Assembly (NCBI GenBank): GCA_024654505.1
Contig: JANLHN010000003.1
Location: 68,314-132,313, forward strand
Source: Nanobdellota archaeon
Lineage (GTDB): Archaea > Nanobdellota > Nanobdellia > Pacearchaeales > GW2011-AR1
DNA length: 64,000 nt
Reading direction: 5' to 3'
The number at the start of each line of letters is the position of its first letter. The first letter of the stretch is position 1. Position numbers and translations under genes: made by a program. Of this stretch, positions 55,465-64,000 are shown piece by piece. Under the pieces are notes generated by a model. The model made no database searches. It had not been told where the DNA came from and was given only the letters and a program-made list of their open reading frames with translations.

Positions 55465-57543
55465 TCACTTATCCATTCTTTTTAAGAGGTCTTTAAGCTT
55501 TGCTTCGTTAGCTTCTTTGTTTTTGATTTCGGAGACAGAATAAACTTGTTTTTCTCCGATTTGTTGTGCTTTTTCAACTTTTAAATCTCTAAGCATCTTT
55601 TTCCTTATCTCTTCTGAAATTAATAGTTTATCATTATCAGAGTCTGCGATTCTCTTGGCAAAAGAAATTGTATTCCCAAGCCCAGTATATTTTAACTTCC
55701 CACCCTCTCTTGAAGTTATTAATTCCCCTGAGTGAACTCCTAAGTTGGCCACTATTTTACTATTGAATTTTTTGTTATGTAACTTTATTTTTTCTAGGAT
55801 CCTAGAGGCGGTTTTTACTGCTAGAACCTCGTTGTGATAGGTCTTTGTTACTAGTGGAGAAAATATCACAAAGGCGTAATCATTTCTCCAGTCAACAAGG
55901 CCTTTTGATTCTTTTGACTCATTAACTATTTGTTTTAACTCCTCTCTAGAATTATCACTTAAACTCTCTGAGTTCTTTATGCTTATTGCTACAATTGCTG
56001 AAGTATATTTTTCTCCTTTTATTACTAGGGCAGATTCTGCACTCCCTGCTTGTTTGCTTGTTAAATCCACCATGCTTCTATCTTCAGATTTGTAGTTTGC
56101 GGAATCTAAGCTTTGTGATGAAGGAGATTTATTTGTGAAATTTATGCTTTCAGAAGCCATGGATTTGAATGATCCTTTTATTCCAGAGACCATCTTACTA
56201 TTCCCCCCGAGGGTTTTTGTTTTTCTGTATTTCATAAAAAATATTACTCCCGTGGCACCAAGAATGATTATTAAAAAAATCCAAACTAAAGAGTAGTTAG
56301 TAAAGATTCCTACATTTTTTAAATCTTCAATAGATATTGCATTCCCTGTTAACATAACTTGACGGTTTATTGAGCTCTCTCCATCGTTGACGGCAACATT
56401 ATATTCTCCTTGGGGTGCTTCTAGTTTAAACTTTCTTATTCCTCCAATTTCAATATTGAGGAGTTCTAGGGTTTTTTTGTCTTCTCCAATCATAATATCA
56501 ATTGTTTTGTTATACAATGTGTTTCCAGCGTTGGTTACTGTTAAGATACCATCTTCAATCTCAAATTCTACTTTTTGTAATTCTAGTACATTAAATTCTA
56601 AATTTTCCCTAAGATCTCCAAATGAAGAAAATATGGTCCATGACCCTGCGGTTGCATTTTGAGGAAACTCAAAAGTTATAAACTCTCCCGATGAAACAAT
56701 TTTTTCTGATTCTTCGAGGCCTGGAGAGAGTAACCTTGCTGAGATTGACCCTTCCATCTTTTCTCCTGCTTGGTCAAAAATCTCTGCCCCAAAGGTTAAA
56801 GCTGTTCCAGGCAATACATCTGTTTCGGAAAGACTTGGGATTAGTGAAGAAGGAACTTGGTTTATTGTGAAACTTGCCTCCCCCTTTCCCTGGTTAAGAA
56901 CTCCATCAGTAGAGGTGTCGTAAGCAATTATTTCAATGGAGTAAGTTCCTGCCTTTGTGGTTTCTGGCATTGAGAATACTTCTGTGATATTGCCCCCAAC
57001 TATGGCTTTTGTTAAATCCACTGAGCCTGTTACCTGAATAAATCCATTTAATAAATCTCCATTTTCCTTTATAGCATTTATAGTTAGTTGAATTCCTTCG
57101 CCAGGATTGTAAGTTGCTTTATCTAGGTTTGGTGTAACAATAATATTATCCGTTACAGTAAATATTTTTGAGGAAGTGGCCATTGACCCCATCGTAGCTA
57201 TTAATTGACAGGAACCAATAATTGAAGATATATTTTCTATTTCTAAATCTTCTTTACTTAAAATTTTGTAGGGCAAGGGATATGTTTGTTCTAATTCTTT
57301 TGAAAATGCCCTAGCTGAAATTCTTAAAAGGTTTGACTTTTGTTCCCCACAAACCAAATCAATATTTAAATTTCCGGAATCGGCCCCGACTAATCCATCT
57401 GCAGTTACGTATAATCTGTCTCCAAGATTATAAACCTCTAATGGTTCTGAGAGAGAAATTGCTGCATTTACAAAACCAATTAAACCAAAAAATAACAAAA
57501 TCACCAAAACTTTTTTTATCATGAAATCTCTAGGCCGTTTCAC
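55465..57543 (-). CDS. receptor-like membrane protein with C-terminal class III nucleotidyl cyclase homology domain
   Basis: 692 aa. Signal peptide, ~400-aa extracellular region, TM helix LVWIFLIIILGATGVIFF. C-terminal IVANLGVHSGELITSREGGKLKYTGLGNTISFAKRIADSDNDKLLISEEI aligns to the cyclase core ikiGihsGpvv...Y.v.GdtVN.AsR.es. The first metal-binding Asp position appears substituted. Confidence 0.4.
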   Translation of the reverse strand: MKRPRDFMIKKVLVILLFFGLIGFVNAAISLSEPLEVYNLGDRLYVTADGLVGADSGNLNIDLVCGEQKSNLLRISARAFSKELEQTYPLPYKILSKEDLEIENISSIIGSCQLIATMGSMATSSKIFTVTDNIIVTPNLDKATYNPGEGIQLTINAIKENGDLLNGFIQVTGSVDLTKAIVGGNITEVFSMPETTKAGTYSIEIIAYDTSTDGVLNQGKGEASFTINQVPSSLIPSLSETDVLPGTALTFGAEIFDQAGEKMEGSISARLLSPGLEESEKIVSSGEFITFEFPQNATAGSWTIFSSFGDLRENLEFNVLELQKVEFEIEDGILTVTNAGNTLYNKTIDIMIGEDKKTLELLNIEIGGIRKFKLEAPQGEYNVAVNDGESSINRQVMLTGNAISIEDLKNVGIFTNYSLVWIFLIIILGATGVIFFMKYRKTKTLGGNSKMVSGIKGSFKSMASESINFTNKSPSSQSLDSANYKSEDRSMVDLTSKQAGSAESALVIKGEKYTSAIVAISIKNSESLSDNSREELKQIVNESKESKGLVDWRNDYAFVIFSPLVTKTYHNEVLAVKTASRILEKIKLHNKKFNSKIVANLGVHSGELITSREGGKLKYTGLGNTISFAKRIADSDNDKLLISEEIRKKMLRDLKVEKAQQIGEKQVYSVSEIKNKEANEAKLKDLLKRMDK

Positions 57544-57603
57544 TATTTAAATATTTAGAAACACCACAACAATTCTTATAAATAGTCATTATCTGGATTA
57601 TTT

Positions 57604-57840
57604 ATGAAATTTAACAATTTGAGCCTTGTTGGGATGCTAGGAGGGTTTATTTTTACTATTTTGGCCGGGCTAAGGTACTTTGCGCTTTATCCAGACTTGG
57701 ATAGGGCCCTAGCCTATTGCGTATTAGGTTTCTTAGTTATAGGGATTTCTTTTGTGTATGGAAGACTAAGAATGGCTGAAGACACCCTTCTTGCAGTAGA
57801 GAACTATCTAGCTGATAGGCCTTGGGATTTAGAGATGTGA
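57604..57840 (+). CDS. small membrane protein
   Basis: 78 aa, two TM helices. Confidence 0.3.
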   Translation: MKFNNLSLVGMLGGFIFTILAGLRYFALYPDLDRALAYCVLGFLVIGISFVYGRLRMAEDTLLAVENYLADRPWDLEM

Positions 57841-57875
57841 GTTAGATTTAAATAGAACTATTTCTTTTTGTTTTT

Positions 57876-58572
57876 ATGAAAACACCCGGTATAATTGGGG
57901 GCCTTGGGCCTGAAACGACTGCAAAGATTTACTTAGCTTTGGCTATGCAAACGTCCAAGGAATATCCGTGGAATTTTGATTTCTAATGTCTCGTTTCCTA
58001 AATATTTAGAGGAAGAAATCGGTTCTAAAGGCGGCGATGCCAAATTGATTTTGCCTTATCTCTTAAAATCGGTTAGACAATTAGAATCTGCGGGGGCCGA
58101 TTTTATTGTTCTTCCTTGTAATACTCTTCACTCTTTGATGCCTACTTTGAAAGAATATACCTCGCTGGAATTTGTTGATTTAGTGGTAGAGGTGTCTAGA
58201 GAGGTTAGAGAGAGTTATAGAAAGATAGGAGTTCTTTGTACTAGTAAGACAAGAAAGGAGAAAATTTATGATAGCTCGTTAAAGGGTGTTAAGATAGTTT
58301 ATCCTGGCGATTTTGAGCAAGAGGAGATTTCAAGAATTATCCTTAGAATAATAAATAAAACTTCAAAGGTTGGCGATAGAGAATATCTTGAACGGGTTAT
58401 TGAGAATCTATTAGAAGAGGGTGCTGAAAAAGTTCTTCTTGCGTGTACTGATTTAGGCAACTTGGTTAAACACAATCAAAGGGTTTTAGATACTACTGAT
58501 ATGTTAATAGAGACAACCCTAAGAAAGATGAAAGAGTTTAAATATAATAAAAGCGAGGCTAGGTTATGGTGA
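57876..58572 (+). pseudogene. aspartate/glutamate racemase interrupted by a +1 frameshift
   Basis: Frame A from ATG 57876 gives MKTPGIIGGLGPETTAKIYLALAMQTSKEY..., a racemase N-terminus, and stops at 57984. Frame B from ~57958 continues NIRGILISNVSFPKY...ADFIVLPCNTLH...LLACTDL. One extra nucleotide near 57956-57960 separates the two frames. Confidence 0.6.
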
Positions 58573-59684
58573 AATCAGTAGTAAACCCTTGGGAAGTAAC
58601 TGGAGAAGTCAATTATGATAAATTGATTAGGGATTTTGGTGTGAAGAGGATAGATAAGGATTTATTGAATAGAATCAAATCAATTACAGGAGAGATTCAT
58701 CCAATGCTTAGAAGAGAATTCTTTTTTGCACACAGAGACTTTGAACCTATTTTAGATCAATATGAAAAGGGAAATAAGTTTTTTATTTACACTGGATGTG
58801 GTCCCTCCGGACCACTACACTTAGGCCATTTGGGTACTTGGATGTTTACTAAATGGTTGCAGGATAAATTTGATGTAGAAGTTTGGTTTCAATTTACTGA
58901 TGATGAGAAATTTTTATTTAAACAAAAGTCCTATGAAGAGATTCAAAAATGGACGAAGGAAAATATGTTAGATGTGATTGCTTTAGGTTTTAATCCTAAA
59001 AAGACTCATTTTATAGTGGACACCTGGCATGCCAACCTTTTGTATCCTGAAGCGATTAAGTTTGCTAAAAAAATAACATTTTCGACAGTTAAGGCCGCTT
59101 TTGGTTTTACTAATGATAGAAATATAGGGGAAATTTTTTACACCTCAATGCAAGCTGTTCCAGCAATTCTTCCAAGTGTTTTAGCAGGTAAAATGATTCC
59201 TTGCCTAATTCCTTTAGGAATTGACCAGGACCCACATTTTAGGGTGGCTCGTGATGTTTACCCTAAATTGGGTTATCCAAAACCAGCAATTCTTCATGGA
59301 AAACTTTTGCCTCCTTTAAAGGGAATGGAAGGGAAAATGAGTAGTAGTGAAGAAACTGGTGCAATTTTAACAACAGATGACGCAGCAACGGTAAAAAATA
59401 AAATTAATAAATATGCTTTTTCGGGTGGACAAAAAACCACAGAAGAACATAGAAAAAAGGGCGGAAATACTGATGTTGATGTTTCCTTTCAATATCTTAA
59501 AATAATATTTGAACCAGATGATAAAAAGTTGGCAGAGATTAAAAGAAAATACGAATCTGGTGAGATGTTAACTGGGGAGCTGAAGGCTTATTTGATTGAA
59601 AAGATAAATGCTTTCTTGAAAGAACATCAAAAGAAGCGGGAAGAAGCTAAAGGGAAAGTTGAGGAGTTTTTATTTAGTAGATAG
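58566..59684 (+). CDS. trpS: tryptophanyl-tRNA synthetase (archaeal/eukaryotic type)
   Basis: 372 aa. NPWEVTGEVNYDKLIRDFG N-terminus, GCGPSGPLHLGHL HIGH region, KMSSS. Confidence 0.85.
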   Translation: MVKSVVNPWEVTGEVNYDKLIRDFGVKRIDKDLLNRIKSITGEIHPMLRREFFFAHRDFEPILDQYEKGNKFFIYTGCGPSGPLHLGHLGTWMFTKWLQDKFDVEVWFQFTDDEKFLFKQKSYEEIQKWTKENMLDVIALGFNPKKTHFIVDTWHANLLYPEAIKFAKKITFSTVKAAFGFTNDRNIGEIFYTSMQAVPAILPSVLAGKMIPCLIPLGIDQDPHFRVARDVYPKLGYPKPAILHGKLLPPLKGMEGKMSSSEETGAILTTDDAATVKNKINKYAFSGGQKTTEEHRKKGGNTDVDVSFQYLKIIFEPDDKKLAEIKRKYESGEMLTGELKAYLIEKINAFLKEHQKKREEAKGKVEEFLFSR

Positions 59685-60510
59685 GGCTTTGGGGAAGAGT
59701 TCTGCTTCCTAAAATTTGAATACCTTCTTTGGTGATATTCATTCCGACAGGTTTTCTTTCATGTGAGGTTCTTCGCATCTTTGCTATTCTAATTGCTCGG
59801 TCTCCGGAACCAGTTATACCTGATTCGTAAAGAATTGTTACAGAATCTGAAAGGAACCTTAGAATGTCTGTTTTTGTCCATTCTCCTTCCATTTGAGGTT
59901 GCATTCCCTCTCCTTCTAAACTTTCATCGGCAAAGACGGTTGTAACTTTTAATCTTTTCATTAATGAGGATAATTCAAATATTGTTTGTCTCATCTTTCC
60001 AGAGTCGCTTAAATTTAGGGCGAGGACAGATACTGGATCAAAGCAAATTCTTCTTAGATTATTCTTTGAAATAACTGATGTTAGTTCCGTCTTTAATTCT
60101 GCAATAGAGGTTTGTGGAGAAAACCTCATAAATTTCATTCTACCTTCACTGCTTGGTCTTGCAAAGTCCCAACCATATGCTCTACCATCATTTATAGTTT
60201 CCATGATATCTGGTTCGAACGAGCAATAAAGACCATTCTCGTTGTATTTACTTAATCCGTTCCAAAGAAATTGTAAAAGGAAAGTTGATTTTCCTGAACC
60301 TGGTCCCCCTATGACAAGATTATCCGAATTCCTAACGAATCCTCCTTGGCATAAATTATCAAATCCTATAATCCCTGTTGGACACCTATCTATCACCTCT
60401 TCGACCATGTTAGGGGATAGAGTAAGAGATTTATAAATTCTTTTGTTTAGACCGTCAATCCTCTTCTTGTTCGTCTTGTAATAAGGCAAGGAGTTCTTTC
60501 TCCGACCCAA
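59674..60510 (-). CDS. KaiC-like RecA-superfamily ATPase
   Basis: 278 aa. PTGIIGFDNLCQGGFVRNSDNLVIGGPGSGKSTFLLQF (Walker A). Likely start at internal Met (MVEEVIDR...) given overlap with the upstream ORF. Confidence 0.6.
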   Translation of the reverse strand: MGRRKNSLPYYKTNKKRIDGLNKRIYKSLTLSPNMVEEVIDRCPTGIIGFDNLCQGGFVRNSDNLVIGGPGSGKSTFLLQFLWNGLSKYNENGLYCSFEPDIMETINDGRAYGWDFARPSSEGRMKFMRFSPQTSIAELKTELTSVISKNNLRRICFDPVSVLALNLSDSGKMRQTIFELSSLMKRLKVTTVFADESLEGEGMQPQMEGEWTKTDILRFLSDSVTILYESGITGSGDRAIRIAKMRRTSHERKPVGMNITKEGIQILGSRTLPQSPIY

Positions 60511-60934
60511 GGTAAGGGTGTCTTCTTCTAAGATCTCTTACTGTTTCCAACCTAAATTCTCTCCTTACATATCCTCTTAAGAAGAGGACATTTCTAAAAT
60601 GTCGTGCAATATTATAATTCTGCTCTTCCCTGTTTCTTTGATCAAATCCTTCTGGTAATTCAGGAATCTCATCACCTGGAGATTCTGCTACCCAAGCATA
60701 TAATTCTACCCCTCTATACCCACTTTCTTGGAGAGTATCTGCTAGGCAGGAACTATGGTGTCCATCTAATAATACAAGCCTTCTACTAGACCCTAAGAGT
60801 TCTTTTGTTGGTACTACTATTTTTTTTGGTCTTTCTAAATAACTTCTATAAATTCTTCTTATATCTCCTCTTATTAAAGAATGTTCTATTGGTTTTAACA
60901 TTCCCGGCTCAGATACTCTTACTAGTTCTCCCAT
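60455..60934 (-). CDS. hypothetical protein with ParB/Srx-like DGHH motif
   Basis: 159 aa. RRLVLLDGHHSSCLA resembles the ParB-N/sulfiredoxin fold motif. GC-elevated. Confidence 0.3.
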   Translation of the reverse strand: MGELVRVSEPGMLKPIEHSLIRGDIRRIYRSYLERPKKIVVPTKELLGSSRRLVLLDGHHSSCLADTLQESGYRGVELYAWVAESPGDEIPELPEGFDQRNREEQNYNIARHFRNVLFLRGYVRREFRLETVRDLRRRHPYLGSEKELLALLQDEQEED

Positions 60935-61027
60935 GGGGCTACTGGAAAATCTCCCTATTTAAAAGTTTATTGTAAGGGTAATTGGGATAAGAGACAATTT
61001 TATAAACTTGCCAGAACTTAGGTTTTT

Positions 61028-62734
61028 ATGAAAACACTTAACTTACATTGTGATTATATTAAGTTTAAGGCTTTGAAAAAAGCGTTAAAATCGGTTGATG
61101 AGATTGCGCCAGGACAGAAGCTAGAGGGTTCTTCAAAGGACTGTTTAGTTGTGATGGTTGCAGTCGAGAAAGGAGATTCTTTAGAATCTGTTGATGCTTT
61201 GGTTAAAGATATTAAAGATATTTCATCTCAAGTTAAAACGAATAATATTGTTTTATATCCCTATGCACATTTATCTAGTAATTTGGGGAGTCCCCCTCTT
61301 GCCGTCGAGATTTTGAATAAAACTGCTCTTGGTTTAAATGGGTTTGATGTTGTTTCTGCCCCCTTTGGTTATTATAAAGAATTTGAATTGAAGGTCAAAG
61401 GACATCCCCTTTCGGAATTGTCTAGGTCCATTGTTGTGGGGGGAGATGAGGTTGCTGAGGAAGGGTTAAGTGATGTAGAAATAAAGCATTTACTTAGAGA
61501 AATTTCTAAAGCCAAATTGGATACATCAAAGTTGAAGGAAAATGACCATAGAATTTTGGGGGGCCGAATGAATCTTTGGAGTTTTAACAACGTCGCCCCG
61601 GGGATGGTCTTCTGGCACGATAAAGGATTATTTATCAAAAATCAGCTAATTGATTTTTGGAGACAAGAACATAGAAAAGAGAATTATCAAGAAATATCCA
61701 CACCACAAATAATGGATTCAAAAATCTGGAAGGTTTCTGGTCATTGGGATAAATATAAAGAGAATAATTTTATAACTAGCTATGAGAAAAGACCCTTTAT
61801 TGCAAAGCCAATGAATTGTCCTGGAGGAATGCTTGTTTATAATAGTAGCCCTAAATCTTATAGAGATTTACCATTGAGAGTTGGAGAACTTGGAATTGTT
61901 CATAGAGTGGAACTATCAGGGGTTTTGTCAGGATTATTTAGAGTAATACAATTCACCCAAGATGATGCTCATATTTTTTGTAAGGATAATAAACAAGTTA
62001 AGGAAGAGATATTTAACCTTGTTGACCTAATTAAAAGATTTTACAAAGTATTTAATTTAGATTTTGACCATTTAGAGTTGTCTACTCGTCCAGAAAAAAG
62101 AATTGGCTCGGATAAGGATTGGGATACTGCGGAAAAAATATTAGAAGATGTATTAAAAGAGAAGAAAATTAAATATAAAATTAATAAAGGGGATGGAGCA
62201 TTTTATGGTCCAAAGATTGATTTTCATGCTAAAGATTCCTTGGGGAGAACTTGGCAATTATCAACCATCCAATTAGACTTTGCTCTTCCAGAAAGATTTG
62301 AATTGAAATTTACAGATGAGAAGGGAAATGAAAAAAGACCTATAATGCTTCATAGGGTTATTTATGGCTCAGTTGAAAGGTTTTTGGGAGTTCTCACAGA
62401 GCACCTTGATGGAAAATTTCCATTGTGGCTTTCTCCAAACCAGGTAATGGTTATGAATATGAATGAGGATGTTTTGGGCTTTGCTAAAGAAGTCTATCAA
62501 AAACTTTTTGACGATGGTATAAGAGTTGAAATTAATGATAAAAATGAGTCTATTGGAAAGAAGGCACGTGATGCTCAAATTCAAAGATTTAATTATCTCG
62601 TTACCGTCGGAGAAAAGGAAATGAAAGAAAAGAAGGTTGCTGTTCGTTCAAGGGAAAGTAATGAAATCAAGTTGATGAAATTGGAGGAGTTTATTGAGAT
62701 GATTAGAGAGGAGATTTTTAGGAAAGAGATTTAA
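61028..62734 (+). CDS. thrS: threonyl-tRNA synthetase (archaeal type with N-terminal editing domain)
   Basis: 568 aa. Archaeal-specific N-terminal domain (MKTLNLHCDYIKF...). Class II core with Zn-binding region and C-terminal anticodon-binding domain. Confidence 0.85.
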   Translation: MKTLNLHCDYIKFKALKKALKSVDEIAPGQKLEGSSKDCLVVMVAVEKGDSLESVDALVKDIKDISSQVKTNNIVLYPYAHLSSNLGSPPLAVEILNKTALGLNGFDVVSAPFGYYKEFELKVKGHPLSELSRSIVVGGDEVAEEGLSDVEIKHLLREISKAKLDTSKLKENDHRILGGRMNLWSFNNVAPGMVFWHDKGLFIKNQLIDFWRQEHRKENYQEISTPQIMDSKIWKVSGHWDKYKENNFITSYEKRPFIAKPMNCPGGMLVYNSSPKSYRDLPLRVGELGIVHRVELSGVLSGLFRVIQFTQDDAHIFCKDNKQVKEEIFNLVDLIKRFYKVFNLDFDHLELSTRPEKRIGSDKDWDTAEKILEDVLKEKKIKYKINKGDGAFYGPKIDFHAKDSLGRTWQLSTIQLDFALPERFELKFTDEKGNEKRPIMLHRVIYGSVERFLGVLTEHLDGKFPLWLSPNQVMVMNMNEDVLGFAKEVYQKLFDDGIRVEINDKNESIGKKARDAQIQRFNYLVTVGEKEMKEKKVAVRSRESNEIKLMKLEEFIEMIREEIFRKEI

Positions 62735-62785
62735 TCGTTCGAATTTGACTTCATCTAAATTCTCGCTTTCTAGGAACATTAGTGA

Positions 62786-63187
62786 ATGTGTTATACTTTC
62801 TTTGTGATGAGTTGGCCAAGTATGTTAAGAGTTTGCGGCATTACCTCATGTTTTTTCTTACGCGAGCACCTTACTGGAGATTGGCGTGAGCGATTATTTT
62901 ATAAACAATCTTTATCTTACATAAACATGAACTGGACAAAATTGGTTTTGATGTTTCAGGCGGTTATTACTCTAGTTATTGGTTTGGTATTTCTTGTGCA
63001 GGTTATTAATCTTAATGCCCAGGATATTAGTAAATTAAAGGTAGACTTAGGCTCTGGAGTTACTTTTGGTGATGGAGATGCCTTGGGAATAATTGATGTA
63101 AAACAAAGATATACTGTCGCAGCCTATATCCTTCTAGTTGTCGGACTAATTGAAATATTGATTCTAGCCAGATTGTTTAGTAATTAG
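62786..63187 (+). CDS. small membrane protein
   Basis: 133-aa ORF, true start probably internal (MNWTKLVLMF...). 2-3 TM helices. Confidence 0.3.
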   Translation: MCYTFFVMSWPSMLRVCGITSCFFLREHLTGDWRERLFYKQSLSYINMNWTKLVLMFQAVITLVIGLVFLVQVINLNAQDISKLKVDLGSGVTFGDGDALGIIDVKQRYTVAAYILLVVGLIEILILARLFSN

Positions 63188-63198
63188 AGAAGTTTATT

Positions 63199-63564
63199 TT
63201 ATTTTTTCTTTTTGAACCAACCTATAAAAAACAAAATTCCTATTAAAAATGCTGGGCCAGAGATGATTAATGACCAAGAGAACATGTACCATTCTAATTG
63301 GGGATTTATCAATAAGAGAAAAATATATAATAATCCCACAATAATAAAAGCAATTCCTCCCACCCATTCATATTTCCAAGAGATTAATAAAATCACAAAT
63401 AAAAGAAAGGATGGAATATTATGGAGGAATAGCGCCAAAATTGTTTGCCAAAAACTGAGCCCCATACCAAAAACATCAAAGGAAAAGAGGGCCAAAAAAC
63501 AGATAAATATAATTGATAAAATTCTTGGGGTCCAATAAAGGAATTTGTTAACCTCTTTTTTCAT
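63199..63564 (-). CDS. small membrane protein
   Basis: 121 aa, 4 TM helices. Confidence 0.35.
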   Translation of the reverse strand: MKKEVNKFLYWTPRILSIIFICFLALFSFDVFGMGLSFWQTILALFLHNIPSFLLFVILLISWKYEWVGGIAFIIVGLLYIFLLLINPQLEWYMFSWSLIISGPAFLIGILFFIGWFKKKK

Positions 63565-63642
63565 GTTTAACCATTAGAAATAGGTGTATTTAAATTATGC
63601 TGGGAGCAGATAATGTTTTAAACAGATTTGAAATATAATTTC

Positions 63643-64000
63643 ATGAAAGTTGTAGAATTGTTTAAAGAATTGAAAGAAACTGAAGGATATGGAGAGTTTA
63701 TCTCTGAAAATCCTTCAGCATATTTATCCGCTGGATTTTTTATTTTGGATTTAGAAAATCGGACCGAACAAATTCAATTAGACTTTTATCTTCCCAAAGA
63801 AAAGAAGATGGCGGCGTTTGAATTTCCTTTTAAGGCGGCTAAGATTTTTGATGAAGAAATGAAGGAGATTGTGCCCCTTTCTCTTGATTTGAAATTTGAC
63901 ATTGATGATTTAAAAGATGTTTGTAAAGAAATAATAAAAAAGAATGGTTCTGGAATGGTTCTTAATAAGATTATTGCCATCCTAAAAGAAGGGCAATGGA
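63643..64000 (+). CDS. hypothetical protein, 5' partial (runs off window)
   Basis: ATG at 63643, open to the window end. Confidence 0.3.
   Translation, partial: MKVVELFKELKETEGYGEFISENPSAYLSAGFFILDLENRTEQIQLDFYLPKEKKMAAFEFPFKAAKIFDEEMKEIVPLSLDLKFDIDDLKDVCKEIIKKNGSGMVLNKIIAILKEGQW

Noticed and set aside
1-64000. CRISPR arrays, rRNA genes, transposase/IS elements
   Set aside because: No regularly spaced short repeats, no rRNA-like conserved GC-rich stretches, and no transposase-like ORF were found. The only mobile-element enzyme is the tyrosine integrase.

Overview
AT-rich (about one-third GC by eye) archaeal chromosomal segment, most consistent with a small-genome DPANN-like archaeon. Support: an archaeal RNAP E'/Spt4/S24e/S27ae operon, archaeal-type PheRS, ThrRS, TyrRS and TrpRS, an RNase P Rpp30-like protein, Orc1/Cdc6, and a tRNA with an intron at position 37/38. 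Most of the window is housekeeping: pheS/pheT, hisS, tyrS, trpS, thrS, pyrG, pyrB, pyrH, nifS-nifU, scpA, a P-type ATPase, a Kef-type antiporter, LemA/HtpX, and tRNAs Trp, His, Glu and Ile(UAU). The main accessory feature is an ~11.5 kb integrated element (about 25.2-36.8 kb) at the 3' end of tRNA-Glu, bounded by short repeats of the tRNA 3' end. It carries a tyrosine integrase, an Orc1/Cdc6-like initiator, an RHH protein, an AbiEi/AbiEii pair, a Dam-family N6A methyltransferase, and a tightly coupled 4-gene cassette headed by a GHL/MORC-like ATPase whose partners I cannot place in any family. That cassette is the best candidate for an undescribed defence system. Further oddities are listed as findings: tRNA 3'-end fragment repeats beside tRNA-His and tRNA-Ile, a shared 16-nt palindromic motif at two repeat loci, four tandem small paralogous ORFs after scpA, a 42-nt direct repeat bracketing a PRC-barrel/DedA segment, a bacterial SleB-type cell wall hydrolase, a receptor-like class III cyclase homolog, a frameshifted aspartate racemase, and a viral/eukaryotic-type topoisomerase IB at the island border. 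No CRISPR array and no rRNA were seen.
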